Shown in pieces: positions 42,139 through 56,854 of a stretch of 64,000 nt of DNA; the first letter of the stretch is position 1; each line of letters begins with the position of its first letter. Source of the DNA: Rhabdothermincola salaria (lineage in GTDB: Bacteria; Actinomycetota; Acidimicrobiia; Acidimicrobiales; Acidimicrobilacustridaceae). The translations under genes and the position numbers were made by a program. The notes beneath the pieces were generated by a model, which did no database searches, was not told the origin of the DNA, and was given only the letters and a program-made list of their open reading frames with translations. The DNA is taken from contig NZ_JAJQXW010000001.1 in assembly GCF_021246445.1 (NCBI RefSeq), forward strand, positions 806,001 to 870,000, written 5' to 3'.

Positions 42139-43488
42139 TCAGGGACGCAGGAACCGGACCAGGAGCCGGGCGAAGAGCTCGGGATCGGCGCTGCCGCACA
42201 GCTCGCGGGCCGAGTGCATCGAGAGCTGCGCGACCCCGACGTCGACGGTGGGCACACCGAGGCGCGCCGCGGTGACCGGGCCGATGGTGGAGCCGCACGG
42301 CATGTCGGTGCGCACGACGAACTCCTGCAGGGGCACCGCCGCCGCCTCGGCCGCGAGCCGGACCAGGGCCGCACTCGGGGCGTCGGTGGCGTAGCGCACG
42401 TTGGCGTTGGCCTTCACCACCGGTCCGGCGTTGACGGCGACGTGGTGGGCCGGCTCGTGGCGCTCGGTGTAGTTGGGGTGCGTGGCGTGGGCGCCGTCGG
42501 CGGAGATGCACGCCGACCGGGCCAGCGCGGCGAACCACCCGTCGCGGTCGACCCCGGCCCCCAGGGCGATCCGCTCGAGGACGGTGGCCAGCACCGATCC
42601 CGATGCCCCGGAGGAGGACTCGCTGCCGACCTCCTCGTGATCGAAGAGGCACACGACGGGGACGGGTCGGTGAGAGCCCGCCGCGCCGTCGTCGATCTCG
42701 TCGAGCGCCCGCAGCAGGGCGCTGGTGCCGGCGTGGCACGACAGCAGGTTGTCGATGCGGGCGCCCGCCAGCAGGGACCGATCGAGGCCGAGCAGGGTGG
42801 CAGGGGTGAGGTCGTGCGCCATCACGTCCCAGGACAAGACGTCGCCGGGCTCGACCTCGGCCAGGTCCGCCAGGTGGGCCCGGAACCCGCCCTCGTCGAC
42901 GGAGCCGGTGCCCCACACCGGGGTCATCTGGGTCTGGGGGTTCAGCTTCAGCCCGTCGTTGACCCCCCGGTCGAGGTGGATGGCCAGCTGGGGGACCCGC
43001 AGCAGCGGTCGGTCGTCACGGACGAGCCTGACCTCGGCTCCGCCATCGCTGCCCGAACGCACGGCGACGCGCCCCGACAGCCCGAGATCACGATCGAGCC
43101 AGGAGTTCAACAGCACTCCGCCGTAGACCTCGACGCCGAGCTGGCGCCACCCGGCCTGTCCGGCGTCGGCACGGGGTTTGATCCGCAGGTTGGGCGAATC
43201 GGTGTGGGCGCCCACGATCCGGAAGCCGTCCTCGACCCGGGCCGGGTCCTCCGTCGACCAGGCCACCAGGGTGCCGCCCCGGCTGACGAGGTGTCGACCG
43301 CGCTGTCGGGGCCAGGGCGCGGACTCGTCGATCTCGCTGAAGCCCCGCTCCACGAGACGGCGGCGCACCTCGCCCACCGCGTGGTACGGGGAGGGGGCAG
43401 CGTCGAGGAACCCGCACAGGTCCGTCGCCTGGTCGACCGCGGCATCCGTGGCCGGCGTGGTCGCAAGAGGGCGTTCGGGGTGGGGCAC
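42139..43488 (-). CDS. apeB: M18 family aminopeptidase
   Basis: SPYHAV, GAHTDSP, RIDNL, DHEEVGS, SADGAHATHPNY, PCGSTIGP, MHSARE. Confidence 0.93.
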   Translation of the reverse strand: MPHPERPLATTPATDAAVDQATDLCGFLDAAPSPYHAVGEVRRRLVERGFSEIDESAPWPRQRGRHLVSRGGTLVAWSTEDPARVEDGFRIVGAHTDSPNLRIKPRADAGQAGWRQLGVEVYGGVLLNSWLDRDLGLSGRVAVRSGSDGGAEVRLVRDDRPLLRVPQLAIHLDRGVNDGLKLNPQTQMTPVWGTGSVDEGGFRAHLADLAEVEPGDVLSWDVMAHDLTPATLLGLDRSLLAGARIDNLLSCHAGTSALLRALDEIDDGAAGSHRPVPVVCLFDHEEVGSESSSGASGSVLATVLERIALGAGVDRDGWFAALARSACISADGAHATHPNYTERHEPAHHVAVNAGPVVKANANVRYATDAPSAALVRLAAEAAAVPLQEFVVRTDMPCGSTIGPVTAARLGVPTVDVGVAQLSMHSARELCGSADPELFARLLVRFLRP

Positions 43489-43663
43489 ACCCGCACCCTA
43501 ACGAAGGGCGTCACCGTCGACGGTGCCCGGCCGATCGCCCGGGTTGGCCGGATCGGCGCCCTGCCCGCTAGATTTCTCCATCCGTCACGGGGCCAGCGTC
43601 GTCCCCGAGACGTGTCGTGATCCACGCGTCCCGCGCGCCCACCCACGTTCTCAGGAAAGACGC

Positions 43664-48226
<4,563 letters not shown>

Positions 48227-48257
48227 GGCACCGACTCTCTCAGCGAGGACGACGACG

Positions 48258-49721
48258 ATGGGTGACATCACCGGCTTCTTGAAGCTCCCCCGGGAGCTCC
48301 CCACCCGACGGGAGGTGCCCGTCCGCCTCAGGGACTGGCGCGAGGTCTACGAGGACTTCCCGATCACCAAGGTCCGCGACCAGGCCAGCCGTTGCATGGA
48401 CTGCGGCATCCCGTTCTGCAACAACGGGTGCCCGTTGGGCAACCTCATCCCGGACTGGAACGACCTCGTCTACCGCGACCACTGGCACGAGGCCATCGAT
48501 CGCCTCCACGCCACCAACAACTTCCCGGAGTTCACCGGCCGCCTGTGCCCGGCGCCGTGCGAGGCCGCGTGCGTGCTCGGGATCAACGCCGACCCGGTGA
48601 CCATCAAGCAGGTCGAGGTCGAGATCATCGACCGCGCCTGGTCCGAGGGATGGGTGACCCCGGTCGTCGCCGACGAGCGCACCGGCAAGCGGGTCGCCGT
48701 GGTGGGCTCCGGGCCCGCCGGCCTCGCGGCCGCCCAGCAGCTCACCCGGGCCGGCCACGAGGTGGTGGTGTTCGAGCGAGCCGATCGCATCGGAGGCCTG
48801 CTGCGCTACGGGATCCCCGAGTTCAAGATGGAGAAGCGCCACCTCGACCGCCGACTCGAGCAGATGCGGGCCGAGGGCACCGAGTTCCGGGCCGGCGTCA
48901 ACGTCGGCGTCGACCTCACCGCCGACGACCTGCGCCGCGAGTTCGACGCCATCGTCCTCGCCGGTGGCGCGACCGCGGCGCGCGACCTGCCCATCCCGGG
49001 GCGCGAGCTCCGGGGGGTCCACCAGGCCATGGAGTACCTGCCCATGGCCAACCGCGTCCAGCAGGGCGACATGGCGACCCCTCCCATCCACGCCGGCGGC
49101 AAGAAGGTCGTCATCATCGGCGGTGGCGACACCGGCGCCGACTGCCTGGGCACCGCCCACCGGCAGGGGGCCGCGTCCGTCCACCAGTTCGAGATCATGC
49201 CCCGACCCCCCGAAGACCGACCCGAGACCAACCCGTGGCCGACGTGGCCCATGATCTACCGCACCTCGTCGGCCCACGAGGAGGGCGGCGAGCGCGTGTA
49301 CGCCGTGAACACCATGGAGTTCCTCGGTGACGGCGAAGGGCGCCTCCGGGCCCTGCAGGGCGTCGAGGTCGTCTCCGAGGTCGTCGACGGACGACCGACC
49401 TTCGTGCCCGTGGAGGGCAGCGAGTTCGAGCTCGAGTGCGACCTCGTCTTCCTGGCCATGGGCTTCGTGGGGCCCGAGAAGGGCGGCCTGCTCGATCAGC
49501 TCGGCGTCGACTACGACGGGCGGGGCAACGTGGCCCGCGACGCTGACTGGTCCACCAACGTCGACGGGGTGTTCGTCGCCGGCGACATGGGCCGGGGCCA
49601 GAGCCTCATCGTGTGGGCCATCGCCGAGGGACGCGCCGCTGCCGCCGCGGTGGATGGGCACCTCATGGGCGAGAGCCTCTTGCCCGCCCCGCTCACCCCC
49701 GACGTCGGCCCGCTCGTCTGA
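48258..49721 (+). CDS. gltD: Glutamate synthase small subunit
   Basis: [44 protein letters not shown]. Confidence 0.97.
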   Translation: MGDITGFLKLPRELPTRREVPVRLRDWREVYEDFPITKVRDQASRCMDCGIPFCNNGCPLGNLIPDWNDLVYRDHWHEAIDRLHATNNFPEFTGRLCPAPCEAACVLGINADPVTIKQVEVEIIDRAWSEGWVTPVVADERTGKRVAVVGSGPAGLAAAQQLTRAGHEVVVFERADRIGGLLRYGIPEFKMEKRHLDRRLEQMRAEGTEFRAGVNVGVDLTADDLRREFDAIVLAGGATAARDLPIPGRELRGVHQAMEYLPMANRVQQGDMATPPIHAGGKKVVIIGGGDTGADCLGTAHRQGAASVHQFEIMPRPPEDRPETNPWPTWPMIYRTSSAHEEGGERVYAVNTMEFLGDGEGRLRALQGVEVVSEVVDGRPTFVPVEGSEFELECDLVFLAMGFVGPEKGGLLDQLGVDYDGRGNVARDADWSTNVDGVFVAGDMGRGQSLIVWAIAEGRAAAAAVDGHLMGESLLPAPLTPDVGPLV

Positions 49722-49754
49722 CGGGCCGCTCACGGCCCTCTCCAGCGAACGCGA

Positions 49755-49784
49755 AGCGCCCCGGACCGGACGGTCCGGGGCGCT
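49755..49784. terminator. Hairpin between gltD and a convergent gene
   Basis: agcgccccggacc-ggac-ggtccggggcgct. Confidence 0.7.
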
Positions 49785-49808
49785 CTCGTCGTGGGCAGGG
49801 CCGGACGA

Positions 49809-50546
49809 TCAGGCGGCGATGGGCTGACCGGTCAGGCTCTTGTAGGCGTAGGCGGTGGCGATCTGGGTGACACCCACGGCGAGACCGCAGGTGATCAGGT
49901 TCAGCACGAACACCACGACGGCGAACAGCGCGACCGACCCGAAGTTCTCCTTCACCAGCTTGAAGCTGCTGGAGATGGAGTCGACCGGCTGGGCGCTGCG
50001 GTCGATCACGAAGTAGCCGTAGAAGAGCGTGAAGATGGCGACCACGATCATGCCGATGCAGCAGGCCAGGAAGCCCACGAAGAACAGCAGGCCGACCAGG
50101 ATCGTGGCGATGATGAACGAGCCGAGGTTCGCCGTCTGGAACAGCATCGAGACATCGGGGGCCTGACCGTTCGTCACGGCCAGCCCGGCACGGATCAGAC
50201 CGGCCTGCAGGATGAGGCCGATCACCCAGCCGATGATGGCCACCGCCTGACCGAGCACCAACGCGCTGATGCTGTTGTCGGCGCCGATGATGCGCGAGAT
50301 GGCGAAGAAGGCGCCCTGCACCACGAAGATCACCAGCACGATCAGGATGATCTGCCCGATGTACTGGACGAACTTGTTCCAGCCGTAGCCGAGGGCGGCA
50401 CCGATGTCGAGCGTCCCGGCGGTGCCACCGCCGGCCATGGCGAAGTCGCCTCCGCCGGGCGTGGGCCCGCTGGGTGCCTGCTCAGGTGGGTACCACTTGC
50501 CGTCGGAGGCCTGCCACCAGCCGGGGCCCTGTGAGGAATCGCTCAT
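49809..50546 (-). CDS. Integral membrane protein (about five TM) with N-terminal GPGWWQASDGKWYPP motif
   Basis: LDIGAALGYGWNKF, ACCIG, SFKLVKEN pattern; AGGAG RBS. Confidence 0.82.
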   Translation of the reverse strand: MSDSSQGPGWWQASDGKWYPPEQAPSGPTPGGGDFAMAGGGTAGTLDIGAALGYGWNKFVQYIGQIILIVLVIFVVQGAFFAISRIIGADNSISALVLGQAVAIIGWVIGLILQAGLIRAGLAVTNGQAPDVSMLFQTANLGSFIIATILVGLLFFVGFLACCIGMIVVAIFTLFYGYFVIDRSAQPVDSISSSFKLVKENFGSVALFAVVVFVLNLITCGLAVGVTQIATAYAYKSLTGQPIAA

Positions 50547-50589
50547 CGAGTTGGTTCTCCTGTGATGTGTCGGTTGGTCGGATCGGTGA

Positions 50590-51168
50590 TCAGGGCTTGA
50601 ACAGGTCGGGACCGAACCCGGCCTTGGATGCGTCGTCCTTCACGACGACGGTCTTCATGATCTTGTCGGCGAGGGTCTGGCGCTTCGGATCCCACAGGGG
50701 GAAGAACCAACCGACGTAGCAGATGATGCTGTCGACGATGTGGGCGATGGTGCGCACGACGCCCATGCCCCCACCGATGACCTGACCGGTCTCCTCGCCC
50801 ACGCAACGCAGGCCGATGATCGCCATACCAGGGCTGCGTCCCTTGGCGCCGACCAGGAAGCCGTAGTACAGGAAGATGAACGACAAGACGATGTAGAGCA
50901 GCACGCCCACGATGGCGCCGAGGGTCTCCGAGATGGCCGCCACGATGGCGACGAGGATGAACCCGATGATCCACAGGACCACGGCGAAGCCCACGTCGAT
51001 CAGGTAGGCGATGGCGCGGGTGCCCCAGTCGGCGAGCGGCCCGTGGGCGCTCTCACCGGGTACCGAGGCGGCGCTGGCGCCGGCCCCCGCAGTGGGGGAC
51101 TGCTCCGGCGGGTACCACTTGCCGTCGGAGGCCTGCCACCAACCTGGTCCTTGCGACATGTCACTCAT
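50590..51168 (-). CDS. RDD family membrane protein with N-terminal GPGWWQASDGKWYPP motif
   Basis: LADWGTRAIAYLID, GRSPG..IGLR, WDPKRQTLADK; GGAGG RBS. Confidence 0.88.
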   Translation of the reverse strand: MSDMSQGPGWWQASDGKWYPPEQSPTAGAGASAASVPGESAHGPLADWGTRAIAYLIDVGFAVVLWIIGFILVAIVAAISETLGAIVGVLLYIVLSFIFLYYGFLVGAKGRSPGMAIIGLRCVGEETGQVIGGGMGVVRTIAHIVDSIICYVGWFFPLWDPKRQTLADKIMKTVVVKDDASKAGFGPDLFKP

Positions 51169-51492
51169 TGCGTTCCTCCCCGAGCCCACGTTCGAGGACC
51201 CGCCTGCTGCATGACCCGGCACCGGGCTCTCCGAGGGGGCGATCCCGCTCGGGTGCGCGACAACTTACTCACGCGCGGCGCGTGGGTGAGGGACTTCTTG
51301 TTGAGCCGGCGCAGCGACCTGTGGCGGGTCGATGACGACGTCGATCGTGGCGTCCCGCGACCGACGGGTCGGTCCCAGAGCCTCAAGTCATGGGCCGAAC
51401 GGCCCGATCAACCAACCTGAGAGGTGCCACGCCCTCCTGAGCCGTCACCGACACGCCGGACGACCAACCAGCCGGCGGAGAGGCCGAGATCG

Positions 51493-54120
51493 ATGCTGCG
51501 AAACCTGAAGGTCGGAACCAAGCTCCTCGCCATCCTGGCGGCCCCGGCGCTGGTGATCGTCGTGCTGGTGACGCTCGGCGTGCGTGACCGCCTGGACGTG
51601 GCCCGCAGCGCCGACCGCGTCGTCGAGGTCGCCGAGCTGGCCGCCGCCGACGCCGACCTCTTCCAGGCCCTGCAGGTGGAGTCGATCTGGTCGGTGACGT
51701 CGGTCGCCACCGAAGGGGCGGTGGGCGGCGACGACCTGTCCGCCGCTCGAAGCGCCACCGACGAGGCCCTCGGCCGCTACGAGGAGGTCGCCGACCGGGT
51801 CGACCCCGCCCAGGAAGGCACGGCGGTCGCCGAGGCGGTCCGCCTGGCCGACAACCGGGTGGCGTCGCTGCAGACCATCCGGACCTCCGTCGACATCGGC
51901 CAGGTGCAACCCTTCGCAGTGGGCCAGGCCTACGCCGAGACCATCAACGCCCTGGTCGGCGTCAACGCCTCTCTGGTGCAGAGCGCCAACGACCCCGAGC
52001 TCCTGCGGGGCCTGGCCACCGTCTCGTCGCTCGAGCGGATCAGCGAAGCCCAGGGGATCTACGCCACCCAGATCGTGGCCGCCACCCGTCTGGGGGCGTT
52101 CACCAACCTCGCCGGGGACGTCTGCTTGACGTTCGGAGCCGAATGCGAGGCTTACACCGCGGCCGTCCAGGCCTCCCAGGACCTCGAGCAGGCCAACCGG
52201 GCCTTCGGGGCCGGCAGCGCCACCCCCGAGGAACGTCAGCTCGAGCAGGATGCTCGGGCCGCCGGGTCCCGCTTCGACGAGCTCGCCGCCGAGGTCCTGT
52301 CCGAGGCGCCCGACGGGACGACCCTCACGGTGCCGGCGGGCGCGGTGACCTCGGCGGCCCTCGACCGCCTCGAGGCCCTCGCCGAGGTGGACACCATCGT
52401 CACGACCGGCGTCATCGACGCCGCCCGTCAGCTGGGCGACGACGCCTCCCAGGCCGTGACCTTCTACCTGCTCGGCGGGGTGGGCGCCCTGGCGGTGGCC
52501 CTGGCCGTCGCCGTGGCCGTGACCCGATCCGTCACCCGGCCGCTCGACCGGCTCACCACCGCCGCCTACGCCCTGTCGACCGAGCAGCTTCCCGCCCTGG
52601 TCGAGCAGCTCCGGGACCCCGACGACGAGGACGCCGAATCCCTCGCCGAGACGTTGCGTCCCATCCCGGTGGACTCCCGCGACGAGATCGGACAGCTGGC
52701 CGAGGCCTTCAACACCATCCAGGCCGTGACCGTCGACGTGGCCGACGAGCAGAGCCGCCTGCTGCGCAAGGGCATCGGCGACATCTTCGTGCACCTGGCC
52801 CGCCGCAACCAGAGCCTCCTCGACCGCCAGATCGAGTTCATCGACGATCTCGAGCGCAACGAAGAGGACCCCGACCAGCTCGAGAACCTGTTCCGCCTCG
52901 ACCACCTGGCCACCCGCATGCGGCGCAACGCCGAGTCGCTGCTCGTGCTCGCCGGCGCCGAACCCCCTCGCCGACGGGGGCGGCCCGTGCCCGTGGCCGA
53001 TGTCGTGCGGGTCGCCATCGGCGAGGTCGAGGACTTCGCCCGCATCGACCTGGTGGCCCTCGACCAGGCGACCATCGCCGGCAACGTCGCCGTCGACCTG
53101 GCCCACATGTTGTCGGAGCTGATGGAGAACGCCACCCACTTCTCGCCGCCCGACACCAACGTGCGGGTCGACGGTCGCCGCGACGACCGCAACGGCTACG
53201 TCGTCACGGTGACCGATGCCGGCATCGGCATGAACGCCGAACAGCGGGCCGACGCCAACGCCCAGCTGGCCCGGCCACCCCTCGTCGGGCTGTCCCTCAC
53301 CCGCTCCCTCGGGTTCATCGTCGTGGGCCGTCTCGCCGCCCGGTTCGGGCTGTCGGTGGCGGTGAGCGCAGCTCCCGACGGTGGCACGGTCGCCACCGTG
53401 ACCCTGCCCTACTCGGTGGTGGAGTACGCCGAGGACACCAAGGCCGCCGACGAGGTCGACGAGACCGCCGTCGGGCCCGAGATGGGCGGAGCGGTCCGCG
53501 CCGGCGAGCCCGACACCGCCACGCCGCCACGAGGGACCACGACGGGGCCGTCCGGGCCCACGGCCCCGGACGTCGCCGCTCCGGCACCCGTCAGCTCGGA
53601 TCCGGAGCCCGAACGGGAGCCCGCACCGGGCCCGGAGGCAGAACCCCTCGCCCCGCCCGACGTGCCGGTCGTGGCGAGCCCCGAGCCGGCTCCGCTGCCC
53701 ACCCGCCAGCCGGTGCGCGCCGGCGTCGAGCCGGGCCCCGGTGGCCTGCCCGTGCGAGCGACGACACCACCCGCTCCGGCGGCGGGTCCCGCCCGTCCGG
53801 CACCGTTGCCCGTCAGGGGGGCGGCGCCCTCCACCGCCCCGCCCCGCTCGTCCTCACCGGCGCCTGCCCCTACCGACCCGACCCCTGCGGTCGACGACGA
53901 CGAGCTGACGGCGGCGGGGCTGGTTCGGCGCAGCCCCAAGCGCCAGACGTCCGCCCCGGTCGACCCCCTCGAGGCCGCGGCCACCATGCCCCGGGCTGCC
54001 ACCCGGACCTCACGGTCCCCTGACGAGGTACGCCGGATGCTGTCGCGCTACCGCTCCGGTCTCGACCGGGGGCGCAACAGCACCCCCGACGACGACACGC
54101 CTGGCGACGCCGATGCCTGA
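51493..54120 (+). CDS. cvnA: Conservon sensor histidine kinase-like protein (CvnA)
   Basis: Two TMs around an extracellular helical domain, HAMP (DEIGQLAEAF), LFRLDHLATRMRRNAESLLVLAG, ELMENA, DAGIGM, Pro-rich tail; alternative start 51424. Confidence 0.9.
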   Translation: MLRNLKVGTKLLAILAAPALVIVVLVTLGVRDRLDVARSADRVVEVAELAAADADLFQALQVESIWSVTSVATEGAVGGDDLSAARSATDEALGRYEEVADRVDPAQEGTAVAEAVRLADNRVASLQTIRTSVDIGQVQPFAVGQAYAETINALVGVNASLVQSANDPELLRGLATVSSLERISEAQGIYATQIVAATRLGAFTNLAGDVCLTFGAECEAYTAAVQASQDLEQANRAFGAGSATPEERQLEQDARAAGSRFDELAAEVLSEAPDGTTLTVPAGAVTSAALDRLEALAEVDTIVTTGVIDAARQLGDDASQAVTFYLLGGVGALAVALAVAVAVTRSVTRPLDRLTTAAYALSTEQLPALVEQLRDPDDEDAESLAETLRPIPVDSRDEIGQLAEAFNTIQAVTVDVADEQSRLLRKGIGDIFVHLARRNQSLLDRQIEFIDDLERNEEDPDQLENLFRLDHLATRMRRNAESLLVLAGAEPPRRRGRPVPVADVVRVAIGEVEDFARIDLVALDQATIAGNVAVDLAHMLSELMENATHFSPPDTNVRVDGRRDDRNGYVVTVTDAGIGMNAEQRADANAQLARPPLVGLSLTRSLGFIVVGRLAARFGLSVAVSAAPDGGTVATVTLPYSVVEYAEDTKAADEVDETAVGPEMGGAVRAGEPDTATPPRGTTTGPSGPTAPDVAAPAPVSSDPEPEREPAPGPEAEPLAPPDVPVVASPEPAPLPTRQPVRAGVEPGPGGLPVRATTPPAPAAGPARPAPLPVRGAAPSTAPPRSSSPAPAPTDPTPAVDDDELTAAGLVRRSPKRQTSAPVDPLEAAATMPRAATRTSRSPDEVRRMLSRYRSGLDRGRNSTPDDDTPGDADA

Positions 54121-54180
54121 CCCCCTGACCGGCCCGACGACCGGCGCCTCACCGGTCCCCACACAAAGGATCACGACACG

Positions 54181-54603
54181 ATGATCGAGCTCTCCGCAGG
54201 AGCACGGAACCTCAACTGGCTGGTCCAGAGCTTCGCCGAGCGCATCCCCGGCGTGAACGAAGCCGTGGTGGTGTCCTCCGATGGGCTCCCCATCGCCACG
54301 TCGGCGGGGCTCGACCGCGATGCCGCCGACCGGTTCGCGGCGGTGGCGTCCGGACTGATCGGGCTGGCCTACGGCGCAGCCGGACGCTTCGGAGGAGGGG
54401 CGGTGAACGAGGTGATCATCGAGATGGAGTACGCGTTCTTGTTCGTCACCGGGATCAGCGACGGCTCGTGCCTGGCCTGCGTGGCCGACGCCGAGTGCGA
54501 CGTCGGCCTGGTGGGCTACGAGATGGCTGTCCTCGTCGAACGGGCGGGCACGGTGCTCACCCCCGAGATCCGCGCCGAGCTCCAGGCGACGCTCCCGCGA
54601 TGA
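54181..54603 (+). CDS. cvnB: Roadblock/LC7 (MglB-like) protein (CvnB)
   Basis: LNWLV..F...PGV..AVVVSSDGL, AAVASGL, GLVGYEMA. Confidence 0.92.
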   Translation: MIELSAGARNLNWLVQSFAERIPGVNEAVVVSSDGLPIATSAGLDRDAADRFAAVASGLIGLAYGAAGRFGGGAVNEVIIEMEYAFLFVTGISDGSCLACVADAECDVGLVGYEMAVLVERAGTVLTPEIRAELQATLPR

Positions 54604-54989
54604 CCACCACGGGTGCCTCGTACGGCCGCTCCGGCCCCGACGACGAGCCCGTCCTCCGCGTCCGCTCCTACGTCCTCACCGGCGGTCGCACCCGCTCGGC
54701 GGCCGACTTCCCGCTCGAATCGCTCGTGCTCGTCACCGAGCGCGGCAAGATGCTGGCACCGGAGCTGACCCTCGAGCGCAAGGACATCGTCACGCGCTGT
54801 CACCAGCCGCTGTCGCTGGCGGAGATCTCCGCCCACCTGCAGATCCCTCTCGGGGTGGCACGAGTCCTCGTCGGTGACATGACCGGCGAGGGCCTGCTCA
54901 CCGCCACCGTCCCCCAGCACACCGGCGCCGGCGACCGGCCCGACCTGAGCCTCCTCGAAAGGGTCCTCGATGGCCTTCAAGCGCTCTGA
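54600..54989 (+). CDS. cvnC: DUF742 family wHTH protein (CvnC)
   Basis: VRSYVLTGGRT, SLAEISAHLQIPLGVARVLVGD, LLERVLDGL. Confidence 0.9.
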   Translation: MTTTGASYGRSGPDDEPVLRVRSYVLTGGRTRSAADFPLESLVLVTERGKMLAPELTLERKDIVTRCHQPLSLAEISAHLQIPLGVARVLVGDMTGEGLLTATVPQHTGAGDRPDLSLLERVLDGLQAL

Positions 54990-55593
54990 ACCCTCCACCG
55001 ACACCGCCGGCGGGGTGTCCGCCACCACCGACGCGAGCACGGTGCCGCTCCCGGTCAAGATCATCGTCGCCGGCGGGTTCGCGGTGGGCAAGACCACGTT
55101 CGTCGGCTCCATCTCCGAGATCGCTCCGCTCACCACCGAAGCGGCGATGACCAAGATGGCCGAGGGGATCGACGAGACCGGTGGCACCAACACCGGGAAG
55201 ACCTCGACCACCGTGGCCATGGACTTCGGGCGCATCACCCTCGGCGAAGACCTGATCCTGTACCTCTTCGGTACGCCCGGGCAGGACCGCTTCCAGTTCA
55301 TGTGGGACGACCTCGTCCGCGGCGCCATCGGGGCGGTGGTGCTCGTCGACACCAGCAGGCTGGCGGACTGCTTCCCGGCGGTCGACTACATGGAGTCGCA
55401 CGGAGTGCCCTTCGTCGTGGCCGTCAACCTGTTCCACGGGCGCCAGCAGCACCGGCTCGAGGACGTGCGCGAAGCCCTCGCCGTCCCCGAGGACGTGCCG
55501 CTCATCACCACCGACGCCCGCGACCGCAACCAGACCAAGGTCGCTCTGCTCGAGTTGGTCCAGCACGCGCTGTTGCGGGCCACGACCACCTGA
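54970..55593 (+). CDS. cvnD: Small Ras-like GTPase (MglA-like, CvnD)
   Basis: AGGFAVGKTT, TTVAMDFG, LFGTPGQDRF, VNLF, DAR. Confidence 0.93.
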   Translation: MAFKRSEPSTDTAGGVSATTDASTVPLPVKIIVAGGFAVGKTTFVGSISEIAPLTTEAAMTKMAEGIDETGGTNTGKTSTTVAMDFGRITLGEDLILYLFGTPGQDRFQFMWDDLVRGAIGAVVLVDTSRLADCFPAVDYMESHGVPFVVAVNLFHGRQQHRLEDVREALAVPEDVPLITTDARDRNQTKVALLELVQHALLRATTT

Positions 55594-55712
55594 GCGACCA
55601 CGCGCCCACGATCCTCGCCGGCTCGCCGCCCGAGGTGGCCGGGTGGTGGGTCATCCCGCTGGTTCCTTTCGTGGTCGCAAGCGGCGCGACGGGTGCCAGG
55701 GGGCTGTGCGCC

Positions 55713-55979
55713 TCAGGTGCCCACGCCGGACTCGGCCCGGGCCACGAGGGGCCGGATCTTGAGCAGGTACCAGCCCGACACGGCCAGACCGCCGACGACC
55801 GAGATCACCCCGATGCAGATGGCGGCCAGCCACACCACCTGGCGGCGCCCGGCCAGGGCCCACGCCCAGCCCGGGCGGCGAGCGCAGTCGAGGAGGGCCC
55901 ACAGCGACACGCCGAGGGGCACGCAGAGCACCGCTGTCCAGGCGATGGCGCCGAAGAGCTCGAGGATGCCGTCCACCAC
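55713..55979 (-). CDS. Small membrane protein (DUF2516-like)
   Basis: LWALLDCARRP..AW..AGR...W..; WYLLKIRP. Confidence 0.65.
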   Translation of the reverse strand: MVDGILELFGAIAWTAVLCVPLGVSLWALLDCARRPGWAWALAGRRQVVWLAAICIGVISVVGGLAVSGWYLLKIRPLVARAESGVGT

Positions 55980-56103
55980 CTCACGGTAACGGTCGAACCC
56001 ACCCCGTCCCGGATCCGGGCCGGGCTCGGCACACCACCACCGAGCGAAGCCACGGGGTCCGGCGCGGCCTACTGGCGTGAACCACTGACGACCACGCCTG
56101 CGA

Positions 56104-56159
56104 CGTAGCTCTGCGGAGATGGGCAGTCCGTGGTGGCGCGAAAGACCGACAGCTACGCG
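56104..56159. repeat. Degenerate REP-like element, family B copy 3
   Basis: cgtagct...ggtggcgc......ccgacagctacgcg shares ends and core with 13220-13274. Confidence 0.45.
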
Positions 56160-56836
56160 TCGGAGGCGGGGGCCGCCGACGGCGAGGGAGGGGGGCGGGG
56201 TTCGCGGCGGAGGCGACCGACCGGTGGTTCGCCGAGGGCGAACGGCGGCTGCACCGGCCGGCCCGCCGCGGCCATGAGCCCCAGCACCCACTGCTCGGCC
56301 TCGGCCCAGCCGGCCACGCGGGGGGCGTCGACCTCGCGGTTGTAGGGCTGGTCGAACACGGCGGCCGCGGCCCCCGACGCCCGGAGCGCCTCGATGTTGT
56401 GGGCGGCGTCGTCGAGGTAGGCGTCGGCCTCCACCTGAGGCTTGTGGCCCAGGAAGCACAGGTCGCGGTAGGGGATGGCATGTTCGTCGAGCCAGGCGAC
56501 GGTGTCGGCCACTGCGGTGGCGTGGCCCCAGTTGGCATAGAGGCGATGGGTGATGAGGCGGATCCACACCCCCGCGTCGGACAGCCGCCACAAGGCCTCG
56601 GCCGTGCCCGGGACCACGGGCATCGTACGGAACATGCGGTGCTCCAACACGGCGACCCGGTGCAGGTCGTCGAACTCGTCGCGGGTGAGGCCCCACTCGG
56701 TGAAGTCCCAGGTCCGCTGGGGCTCGAGATCACCCGGTTCGATGCCGCGGGTGGTGGCGACCACACGACGGAAGGCCTCGGCATGGTCGCCGCAGACTCC
56801 GTCGAGGTCGACGCCGAGCACGAACTCGTCAGCCAC
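56153..56836 (-). CDS. 5'(3')-deoxyribonucleotidase (NT5C-type HAD)
   Basis: GVDLDGV, ITHR, K..YLDDA, FDQPYN. Confidence 0.85.
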   Translation of the reverse strand: MADEFVLGVDLDGVCGDHAEAFRRVVATTRGIEPGDLEPQRTWDFTEWGLTRDEFDDLHRVAVLEHRMFRTMPVVPGTAEALWRLSDAGVWIRLITHRLYANWGHATAVADTVAWLDEHAIPYRDLCFLGHKPQVEADAYLDDAAHNIEALRASGAAAAVFDQPYNREVDAPRVAGWAEAEQWVLGLMAAAGRPVQPPFALGEPPVGRLRREPRPPPSPSAAPASDA

Positions 56837-56854
56837 GGTCGCGCCCCCCGGCTC

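Noticed and set aside
51263..51285. Palindrome tactcacgcgc-g-gcgcgtgggtg between the RDD gene and cvnA
   Set aside because: GC-rich, imperfect and single-copy; too weak to call an operator.
53450..53900. Low-complexity repeat-like DNA
   Set aside because: Encodes the Pro/Ala-rich disordered tail of CvnA; no discrete tandem unit.
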